Shown: in pieces, positions 38,242 to 45,858 of the stretch | Layout: the number at the start of each line of letters is the position of its first letter | How positions within the stretch are numbered: position 1 is the first letter of the stretch | Virus record (IMG/VR): IMGVR_UViG_3300025617_000015 | Location: 7,197-71,196 of that record | DNA from: a virus | DNA length: 64,000 nucleotides | Reading direction: 5' to 3' (one strand) | Notes under the pieces: generated by a model | The model's input: the letters and a program-made list of their open reading frames with translations, nothing else | Told to the model about the DNA's origin: nothing | The model's database searches: none | Translations under genes and position numbers: made by a program

Positions 38242-38263
38242 TATTTATTGAACAAGATAAATA
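38242..38263. promoter_or_regulatory. back-to-back late promoter boxes
   Basis: tattta at 38242-38247 (minus) and taaata at 38258-38263 (plus), between divergent genes. Confidence 0.65.
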
Positions 38264-38290
38264 CTATATAACAGATTGGGTTGAGAATAC

Positions 38291-39352
38291 ATGGCTAATT
38301 TTCCGATTATCAATAATTTAAGAATTGTACCTAGAGACACTGACTATTTGGATAGAAAGGTTGGATCTCGCGGTGAAATTTATTTTGATATCAATGCAAA
38401 CACTTTAAGACTTTATACAGGAAGTAATGAAAATACTGGAGGATTGCCTCTTGCTAGAGCTGACTTATCTAATATTTCCGATGCAGACTTTTTAACAAAA
38501 GCAACAGCCGCAGGAGTTGGCGGAGGCGGTGGTGGTGGCGGAAGCGCAGAATTTAGCTTCTCGGCAGATGATTCTACAATACAGACAGTGCCAGCCGGCA
38601 ACTCGGTTAAATTCTTAGGCGGCAACGGAATTAGCACTAATAGTAATGCTGATGAGTTATCTATTACTAACGATGCTAATGTCTTTAGTACGATTAGTGT
38701 TGCAGGGCAAAATGATGTTGTTGCAGATAGTCTAACTGACACTTTAACTTTAGTAGCAGGTACAAACGTAACCATTACAACAGATGATACTACAGACACA
38801 ATTACAATATCAGCTTCTCCGGGCGGTGGTGGAGGACTGTCTGCATTAGTAGAAGATACTGATCCTACATTGTCAGCTGACTTAGATGCAGGCGGATTTA
38901 AAATTACTCAACTTGCAACACCGACTGCTGATGCCGATGCTACTACAAAAGCCTATGTTGATAGCCAGTTAGATGTAGCTAATAATTATCTACCAGCAAT
39001 GACTAAATTAGTAGTCGACAATGTAGGCGCAACTGCTTATACATTTGATCAGTATTCCGGCGATAACCCTACAATTTTTGTGATAAACGGTACTACTGTT
39101 GCATTTGATTTATCAGCAATTGAAGGTCATCCGTTTGAAATACAGACTCCAGCAGGACTACCTTATAATACTGGTCTTGTTCATGTAGCACCCGACGGCA
39201 CAGTAAGTTCTGGAGCGGCAGCACAAGGTAAAACTAGCGGAGTGTTGTATTGGAAAATACCTACTGATATATCCGGCGGTTATAGATACCAATGCCAGAA
39301 TCATGCAGGGATGGTTGGTTCGTTAACTATTAAAGATATCTCGCTTATTTAA
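38291..39352 (+). CDS. fibre-like virion protein with a C-terminal cupredoxin-like domain
   Basis: GEIYFD..LRLY N-terminus, poly-Gly linkers, VAGQNDVVADSLTDTLTLVAG and DATTKAYVD fibre motifs. The C-terminus GHPF...YQCQNHAGMVG has type-1 Cu-like ligands. Confidence 0.65.
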   Translation: MANFPIINNLRIVPRDTDYLDRKVGSRGEIYFDINANTLRLYTGSNENTGGLPLARADLSNISDADFLTKATAAGVGGGGGGGGSAEFSFSADDSTIQTVPAGNSVKFLGGNGISTNSNADELSITNDANVFSTISVAGQNDVVADSLTDTLTLVAGTNVTITTDDTTDTITISASPGGGGGLSALVEDTDPTLSADLDAGGFKITQLATPTADADATTKAYVDSQLDVANNYLPAMTKLVVDNVGATAYTFDQYSGDNPTIFVINGTTVAFDLSAIEGHPFEIQTPAGLPYNTGLVHVAPDGTVSSGAAAQGKTSGVLYWKIPTDISGGYRYQCQNHAGMVGSLTIKDISLI

Positions 39353-39629
39353 TATCCATACTAGGATTTTTACGCTGAAACTCTTTTACTAACTTATCTA
39401 GTTTTTTTCGAATATCCTGTATCTTTAATTTAGATTCGTCATTTCTAATTGGCAAAGTACGTTGCGTAGATAACTCTACATGACCTTTGTCAATTTCTTT
39501 CATTGTAGATTCTAGATCTACCAATAATCCTTTTACCTTAGTAGCTAAAGGATCGTTAGCATGACGAATAATATAATTATAAATTTCTTTTTCTTTTCTA
39601 AATTGTGGTGTATCAAATAATGATAGCAT
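39345..39629 (-). CDS. hypothetical helical protein
   Basis: Start moved to ATG 39629, which has GGAG upstream. Coiled-coil-like. Confidence 0.55.
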   Translation of the reverse strand: MLSLFDTPQFRKEKEIYNYIIRHANDPLATKVKGLLVDLESTMKEIDKGHVELSTQRTLPIRNDESKLKIQDIRKKLDKLVKEFQRKNPSMDIK

Positions 39630-39999
39630 TGTGCAACTCCAAAATTGTATCAAGTTTTGTTCTTACTAAATTATCTGTTAGAGTTGTTCTCAACCCTACG
39701 TGTAAGTTTTTAGGCAAATCCATAAAGTCTGCCCAACAGTATGTATTTACAGGAACATGGGTAAATTCTTTTTCAACTAAGCATACAAATGTTCCATATT
39801 CAAATCCACTATCTTTTGATGTGTATAACTCAATAGGTAAAATTTTACCAGTAGAGTATTCTAACTGGGTAGATTGCGAATCATCAACTACATTGTTTGT
39901 GACAGAAAATGTAGGAATGGTCCATTTTTGATTCTTTAAAATCAATAATAGTTTACGCGACTCGGTCGAAAGATAAAGCAGTCCTACATGTTTATGCAT
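39613..39999 (-). CDS. degenerate Nudix-fold-like protein
   Basis: GLLYLS..KLLLIL..W..FEYGTFVCLVEKEF..YCW..LPKNLH.GL resembles a Nudix scaffold, but the Nudix box is not intact. Confidence 0.45.
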   Translation of the reverse strand: MHKHVGLLYLSTESRKLLLILKNQKWTIPTFSVTNNVVDDSQSTQLEYSTGKILPIELYTSKDSGFEYGTFVCLVEKEFTHVPVNTYCWADFMDLPKNLHVGLRTTLTDNLVRTKLDTILELHNAIII

Positions 40000-40007
40000 G
40001 TAATTAC

Positions 40008-41510
40008 TTAGTCTGGGTCTAAGTCAAATCTCCAGTAACCTGGCGAATATTCACCTTCAAAAGATTTAAGCCAATATTCACCATTCCAGGTATATTGTAT
40101 TCCTGTTTTGAGATTTGTAATATAAGTAGGATTATCTAAAGTATTTTGAGTTTTTATCATTTCCCATGAAGAACCATCCCACTCGACAATACTGTTTTCT
40201 TCAATTACAAAAGATCCATTATTAGTAGATCCGTCTGAACCTTTCCAGCCGTCTGCACCATCTTCGTTATCTGCATGTCCAATAGATTCTAACATTAAGA
40301 AGCGTGTTCCGACTGGTATATTATTTGCTCCTCCGAATTTCTCAACAGGATTATAATTAAATGGATCAACTATTGCATCAATAGTTCCTCTAGTTCCACC
40401 GACTACACTCGTAATAAGTGTGTTAGACGGAATACCTTCGGGATCCAAAGTTATAAGCAATACATTAGGTTCAGTTGGATGTACTGCCATTGTTCCTCTT
40501 AACTCAAATCCAGTAGGTTGTTTAAAGTAAACCATACTTCCTGCAGGCTTTCCGCCCATTTGATCAAAAATAGCATCCCAACTGAGAACTTTTCCGTTTG
40601 AATATTCTTTAGATTCTAATCCTAGTTTCCTAATGGCACTAGCAGGATCGACTACTGTTAGGGTGTAATCGTAACGCTGTCCATTGTTAGCAGAGAAAAG
40701 AATTACCGGATATAATCCATTAGTCGATACTAATGCATTTGCACTACCAGCACCGCCTGTAACGTTACTAACATATCCTGTAGAGTTTTGACTATTATAT
40801 ATTAAACTACTGATATCAACAACATCACCAGATTCGCTAAACACGTTTGCAACGATTCCTCTTACAATACCAAGTTTTTTAACTTTAGTAGGCGGTGAAA
40901 TATATATCGGAATTGTAAAATCTAAACTACAAACATCGATGTCTTCTGCCGCTCCGGCTGGTATTGTTCTAGAACTAAAATTTGTTGACTCTAAGTAAAC
41001 GGTTGTTAAGCTAGTCCAGTCTACGTAGTTATCCGAACTTTGAATTTCTAAACTCGGATTAAACAATACCAGCATTTGCTCAAGCAATTGTAGTTTTTGA
41101 TCAGTATTACTAGTCCATAAATCTGCTTTAACAGACAAAGTAAATGGTGTTGGCATTAAACGTTCAACTGTAAAGTTTCCGCCTTGCTCACCTGTATAAG
41201 TAGGATCTGCACCAGCTGAATCATAATTGTAATCACGTCCTCGTATGTTAAGTTTACTTACAAATGACGGATCAGAAAGACGACTAGTGTCCATATCTAA
41301 TCCAGTAATGTAACAAGCAACCCTAGGAACACTAGGAAGTTTGTTTTCGGAGTTCTCTCTGATAATACTTGCAACCTGTTTATTTAGATCTCCATACATA
41401 ACTGGAACAGTGGACTGAGTACCATCACCGGCCTCGTACTTAAAGCCTATAAAGATCCTCATAAATTGTGTCAGGTATCTGCGTATTTGACCGTCATAAA
41501 AATAGTCCAT
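40008..41510 (-). CDS. tail completion/sheath stabiliser (T4 gp15-like)
   Basis: YFYDGQIRRYL..F..VPVMYG..PR..MPTPF..L..QLLEQML..FNP is a gp15-type N-terminal domain. Confidence 0.75.
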   Translation of the reverse strand: MDYFYDGQIRRYLTQFMRIFIGFKYEAGDGTQSTVPVMYGDLNKQVASIIRENSENKLPSVPRVACYITGLDMDTSRLSDPSFVSKLNIRGRDYNYDSAGADPTYTGEQGGNFTVERLMPTPFTLSVKADLWTSNTDQKLQLLEQMLVLFNPSLEIQSSDNYVDWTSLTTVYLESTNFSSRTIPAGAAEDIDVCSLDFTIPIYISPPTKVKKLGIVRGIVANVFSESGDVVDISSLIYNSQNSTGYVSNVTGGAGSANALVSTNGLYPVILFSANNGQRYDYTLTVVDPASAIRKLGLESKEYSNGKVLSWDAIFDQMGGKPAGSMVYFKQPTGFELRGTMAVHPTEPNVLLITLDPEGIPSNTLITSVVGGTRGTIDAIVDPFNYNPVEKFGGANNIPVGTRFLMLESIGHADNEDGADGWKGSDGSTNNGSFVIEENSIVEWDGSSWEMIKTQNTLDNPTYITNLKTGIQYTWNGEYWLKSFEGEYSPGYWRFDLDPD

Positions 41511-42235
41511 TAGTTTTTACCTTTTTTCTTCTGTCTTCCGCTCTTCATATTGGCGCACCACCTGTACATCTTAGCCTTCTCACCACTTGCGTTCTTAGCA
41601 CGTTTGCGTAGTGCTGTTACTGATCCATTACAACTAGCACCTGAACGCTTTACACGCCCTGGTCTGCTTTTACCTTTTTTCTTACCGTCAGCGAAGTTTT
41701 CGTTATATGCTGTATCAGTAGCAGACTTTGCACTTGCACCTTGTGGATGATTAGGATTAATACCAACTACTTCGCCGTTCATAAGATCACTAATGTTAGC
41801 ACTCTTGCCTACTTTGTCTAGTAGTTTATGCAGTTTATCACTAGGATCGTACTCGGTTTCGTAGTTAGGTTTGCCACGTACTTCTGTTCGGTTGCCTGTC
41901 TTAGTATCAGTAATGTTTAGTACCAACATTTCTTTATCACGTTCTAACCGTAGTTTATAACCTTCAGAAAAGTTTTCGTCTGTGTTATAGTCTTGTAACA
42001 TTTTTCTTAGATAACGTACTGCTCTTAAATAAATTTGTCTAGCACGATCGATACCTGTGCCAATTTCGTTACCAATTTGTTTAAATGTCATGTTATGTGT
42101 ATGACGCATAACAAAGACATCTTTCAACCTATCGCCGTTAACTGCTATTTCAGCCATGCGATCTAATGAGTTTTCTAAATCAATTTTTGATACATTATCA
42201 AACTCAAAGTTTTCAGTAATCTCGCAAATTCTCAT
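41510..42235 (-). CDS. modular protein: sigma-70 region-4-like HTH, unknown domain and basic C-terminal domain
   Basis: VFVMRH..MTFKQIGNEIG...RARQI..RAVRYLR resembles sigma region 4. Three ENF motifs delimit the modules. Confidence 0.6.
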   Translation of the reverse strand: MRICEITENFEFDNVSKIDLENSLDRMAEIAVNGDRLKDVFVMRHTHNMTFKQIGNEIGTGIDRARQIYLRAVRYLRKMLQDYNTDENFSEGYKLRLERDKEMLVLNITDTKTGNRTEVRGKPNYETEYDPSDKLHKLLDKVGKSANISDLMNGEVVGINPNHPQGASAKSATDTAYNENFADGKKKGKSRPGRVKRSGASCNGSVTALRKRAKNASGEKAKMYRWCANMKSGRQKKKGKN

Positions 42236-43608
42236 TAGTCGTCTGCCTTTGGTCTAAGAGCTTTATGCAGTCCTTGCTTCTCTTTAATAGACTTTCCGTC
42301 GATTGTATTAACTGTTGGGTTGTTAATAAATCCAGATTTCTGAGTTTTCTTTTCATCTTTCCCTGCAAAGTCTCCGCCTGCGGCAGTATCCGATGGACCT
42401 AAATTGCTCATAGTCATTCTTACATCATCCTCTACTTTAGACCATCTTCCGCTTGAGTACCTAAACAATCTATTCGGTAGATAATCAGTACGCAAATGCA
42501 TTTGTCCATCCATTGGGTTAATTGGAAATGCTATTCCTTGTGAGAATGGAGCACCGTTGCCCGGAATACCGTCACCGGTTAAGTAACCCTTATATCCTTC
42601 TCCGCTTGGACTTTCAAAAACAGTATCGGCAGTAACTGCCATATAAATTTCTTCGCCGTTTTCATCGTACAAGGTATTGCCGTCTTTGTCTGTTGATGGA
42701 ATTAACAATTGATCACTATCAGTTGTAACCAATTGAGCATTGCCTTCAACATCTCTCTCTAATGTATAAAATTTAGTAGTATCATATCCGCTCTGAGGTA
42801 CATCTTCTTCGGCTTGATTAAGTACCGCTTGTGTTATCTGCATTTCTTTTTCGTAAGTACTCATAATATCTCTTAGTGTATCTGAAATCTTATAATACTC
42901 GACGTTCGGCGGAGTTATACCAGTTACTTCTTTTAGTACTGTATATGTTTTATCGTTATATTCAAAAGTATCGTTAGGATAGTATGTTGAGCTAGCATTA
43001 AACTCACCTTTGAAATCTGTCTCATCGGCAACACCATCTAATATATCTTTAAACTCTTGACTATCGACCAGCGGCGAACATTTTGCTCTGTACAAATGGG
43101 GATACCAAGTTACACTGAACCCTTCTGCGGCACGGTTAACTTCTTCAATTACATAAAATCTTTTTAATGCATATGTTAAATCATTGAGCGCATATTCGTC
43201 TTTTAAGTGCGGCAGTTCAACAACGTCTCCGGCCATTAATTTTCTGCCTAAACTTTCAACAGTATTATTAATATGAAACGTTATAAACACAGTATCGTTT
43301 TGTAAGAACAATCCGAATTGACTTAGGTTAAAGTCGATATCCTGTACATTATAAACACCTCTAAGAGTAAACACATCCGGATCGTATTTTCTATCTCTAT
43401 TTTCTAAAAACAAAAGATCCTGAATGTTTAATTCGCTAGTAGTATCGTATGAAGGCGTTGCCGCGGTTTCATCTTGTGAATCACCTGGGCCGATATATTT
43501 GTGTAGATTAACATCTACTCCGCCAACCTGGAACATTTCATAAACAGTCTTGTCTATGAATTTGTAGTCGTTCCCTTTTTCGGGTCTGTATAAACTTAGT
43601 CTTGGCAT
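42235..43608 (-). CDS. neck/head-closure protein (T4 gp14-like)
   Basis: E..Q..G.D....LSQFGLF..D.VFITF..GDVVELP..FYVIEEV. Sits between the gp13-like and gp15-like genes. Confidence 0.65.
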   Translation of the reverse strand: MPRLSLYRPEKGNDYKFIDKTVYEMFQVGGVDVNLHKYIGPGDSQDETAATPSYDTTSELNIQDLLFLENRDRKYDPDVFTLRGVYNVQDIDFNLSQFGLFLQNDTVFITFHINNTVESLGRKLMAGDVVELPHLKDEYALNDLTYALKRFYVIEEVNRAAEGFSVTWYPHLYRAKCSPLVDSQEFKDILDGVADETDFKGEFNASSTYYPNDTFEYNDKTYTVLKEVTGITPPNVEYYKISDTLRDIMSTYEKEMQITQAVLNQAEEDVPQSGYDTTKFYTLERDVEGNAQLVTTDSDQLLIPSTDKDGNTLYDENGEEIYMAVTADTVFESPSGEGYKGYLTGDGIPGNGAPFSQGIAFPINPMDGQMHLRTDYLPNRLFRYSSGRWSKVEDDVRMTMSNLGPSDTAAGGDFAGKDEKKTQKSGFINNPTVNTIDGKSIKEKQGLHKALRPKADD

Positions 43609-43616
43609 AGTATATG

Positions 43617-43638
43617 TATTTACCGCAAACGATAAATA
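43617..43638. promoter_or_regulatory. back-to-back late promoter boxes between the neck genes
   Basis: tattta at 43617-43622 (minus) and taaata at 43633-43638 (plus). Confidence 0.7.
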
Positions 43639-43643
43639 CTTAT

Positions 43644-44402
43644 ATGAACCAGATTGATAAATCCAAGCAAGAAGTCTTTAATTACTGCCGTTTAAATTTA
43701 GGCGACGGTATGATTGATGTTGAATTAGATCCAGAGCACTACGAAGTTGCATTATCTAAAGCGTTAGGTGTGTTTAGACAGCGTAGTGAAAACTCAGTAG
43801 AAGAAAGTTTTGCATTTTTGACTTTAGAAAAAGACAAAAACGAATATATACTTCCAACTGAGATCCAAACAGTACGACAGATATTCCGTAGAAGTGTAGG
43901 ATCACGTACAGGCAATGGATCTGGCGGTACAGTGTTTGAACCTTTTAATCTAGCATATACAAATACATATTTGTTAAGTTCAACTAACATGGGAGGACTT
44001 GCTACATACGAATTGTTTTCTGGATATCAAGAATTAGTAGGTAAAATGTTTGGTTCGTTTATCAACTTTACTTGGCATCCGCAAAGTCATAAGATCATTA
44101 TTCAACAACGCCCACGAGGCGGTGAAGAAGTTATGCTACATGTATATAACACAAAACCTGATCATGTAATTATCGAGGATGTTTACTCCGGGCAGTGGAT
44201 TAAAGATTATACATTAGCACATGCTAAAATGATACTTGGTAATGCACGAGAAAAGTTTGCAAGTATTGCTGGCCCGCAAGGCGGCACAGCACTTAACGGC
44301 GCAAGTTTAAAAGCCGAAGCCCAAACTGAGATAGAACGTCTTACTATTGAACTAACTACACAAGTGTCCGGTGGTTCGGGCTATGGATGGTTAATAGGAT
44401 GA
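43644..44402 (+). CDS. neck protein (T4 gp13-like)
   Basis: YC.L.LG..MIDVEL..and WIKDYTLA..K..LG..R.KF..GPQGG..LNG..LK.EA..E are gp13 hallmarks. Start moved to ATG 43644. Confidence 0.85.
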   Translation: MNQIDKSKQEVFNYCRLNLGDGMIDVELDPEHYEVALSKALGVFRQRSENSVEESFAFLTLEKDKNEYILPTEIQTVRQIFRRSVGSRTGNGSGGTVFEPFNLAYTNTYLLSSTNMGGLATYELFSGYQELVGKMFGSFINFTWHPQSHKIIIQQRPRGGEEVMLHVYNTKPDHVIIEDVYSGQWIKDYTLAHAKMILGNAREKFASIAGPQGGTALNGASLKAEAQTEIERLTIELTTQVSGGSGYGWLIG

Positions 44403-44737
44403 AGTTTACAGAGATTGATCCGTTTGATGACGAAGAACTGTACGAAGCAGAGCTCGTATGGGGTAGGAAAAAAGCAACAGCAAGAGGCGGCGGCACAACA
44501 CTAAAGTTTCGTTGTACTTCTGGACCTAGAAAAAGTCGCCAAGTAAGTCATCCTTCGAAATGTTACGATCATCCCAATGTTGGCAAAGCTCAACAAATGA
44601 AACGCACTCGTGCTAGAACAGCACCTACACAAGCAAGACATCAAAAGCGCACAAAGTCTATTAATACAGCAAGCGCACTTGTAAGAAAACTTAATAATCC
44701 TGGGAAACGCACTGGGAAAGTTAAGCCTTGGTATTAA
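44399..44737 (+). CDS. basic hypothetical protein, candidate internal head protein
   Basis: ATGA overlap with the gp13-like stop. Acidic leader MKFTEI..LYE is followed by a very basic body. Confidence 0.6.
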   Translation: MKFTEIDPFDDEELYEAELVWGRKKATARGGGTTLKFRCTSGPRKSRQVSHPSKCYDHPNVGKAQQMKRTRARTAPTQARHQKRTKSINTASALVRKLNNPGKRTGKVKPWY

Positions 44738-44744
44738 AAATCAC

Positions 44745-44773
44745 TTGACAAAACCTAAGTAATCCTATATAAT
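44745..44773 (+). promoter_or_regulatory. sigma-70 consensus (early) promoter
   Basis: TTGACA at 44745-44750, 17-nt spacer, TATAAT at 44768-44773. Confidence 0.9.
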
Positions 44774-44798
44774 ATAAAACATATTACAGGAGATCTTA

Positions 44799-45446
44799 AT
44801 GATAATTGGTTTATGCGGTTTCATCGGCAGCGGTAAGGATACAGTAGCTGACTTTTTAGTTAATAATAATTTTCAAAAAGAGAGTTTTGCAGATACACTA
44901 AAAGATACTGTATCATCTATTTTTAGCTGGGACAGAGAATTATTGGAAGGGCATTCATTAGAAGCTCGTGAATGGCGCGAACAAATTGATACATGGTGGG
45001 CTGATAGATTAGATATGCCAACTCTAACCCCAAGATGGGTTCTTCAATATGTCGGAACTGATGTTTTTAGAAATAATTTTCATAATGATATCTGGGTTGC
45101 TAGTCTCGAAAAGAAACTTTTTGATAATCAAGATAAAAATATTGTAATTTCAGATTGTAGATTTCCGAATGAAGTGTCTGCTATACAAAAAGCCGGCGGC
45201 AAAGTAGCTTGGGTTAAACGTGGCGAGCTTCCGGATTGGACTGACATTGCTATTGATGCCTGTAACGGACATTCGTTTGCTATCGAAGAAATGCACAATC
45301 TAGGAGTTCACCCATCTGAATGGGCTTGGTTGACTAGCGATTTTGATTCTGAGCTATTTAATGAATCTACATTAGAAAATCTGTACAAGCAAGTTACAGC
45401 TAAGATGATTAGTGATCAGGAATTAGATCTCCACGTCTCCATTTAA
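44799..45446 (+). CDS. deoxynucleoside monophosphate kinase (T4 gp1-like)
   Basis: IIGLCGFIGSGKDT P-loop, FADTLK, TPRWVLQYVGT, ISDCRFPNE, HPSE. Confidence 0.92.
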   Translation: MIIGLCGFIGSGKDTVADFLVNNNFQKESFADTLKDTVSSIFSWDRELLEGHSLEAREWREQIDTWWADRLDMPTLTPRWVLQYVGTDVFRNNFHNDIWVASLEKKLFDNQDKNIVISDCRFPNEVSAIQKAGGKVAWVKRGELPDWTDIAIDACNGHSFAIEEMHNLGVHPSEWAWLTSDFDSELFNESTLENLYKQVTAKMISDQELDLHVSI

Positions 45447-45744
45447 TACCTTGTTTAGATAGTACTTTACTACAATTGTGACAAATAGTTTTTAAATTAG
45501 TTGCTCTACAGTTGTTAAGATTTTCATCTACATGATATACTAGAAATACTTCAGAGTGGGGACTTTTATGTCCACAGTGTTCGCATTGTGACTTTGGTAC
45601 ATATCCGGCACGTTTCCATCGAGGGATACCGTGCCCTTCGCCTTTAGACATACATATTTCACAAAGACTTCGATAATATGTTTTACCGTTCTTTTTGTAG
45701 TTTACTGCGGCAGGGCGCTGTCCGCACTTGCATAATGGTCTCAT
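45409..45744 (-). CDS. small HNH-like endonuclease/zinc-finger protein
   Basis: CKC, CEIC and CEHC pairs, plus HVDENLNN..NL..ICHNC (HNH-like). Confidence 0.7.
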   Translation of the reverse strand: MRPLCKCGQRPAAVNYKKNGKTYYRSLCEICMSKGEGHGIPRWKRAGYVPKSQCEHCGHKSPHSEVFLVYHVDENLNNCRATNLKTICHNCSKVLSKQGIKWRRGDLIPDH

Positions 45745-45858
45745 ACATATATTTACACCTTTTCTCCCCCTTTATCTAAGTGTATTACAGCGGTTTTTTT
45801 CAATCATTCGCTAAATACATATACAACAAACTTACAACTTGTAACCAGGAGATTAAGA

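Noticed and set aside
41980-42210. Sigma-like segment as the phage late sigma factor gp55
   Set aside because: Only a region-4-like HTH is present. gp55 is related to region 2 and lacks region 4.
45409-45744. HNH gene as the homing endonuclease of an intron
   Set aside because: It is free-standing, the flanking genes are uninterrupted, and no group I intron core is visible.
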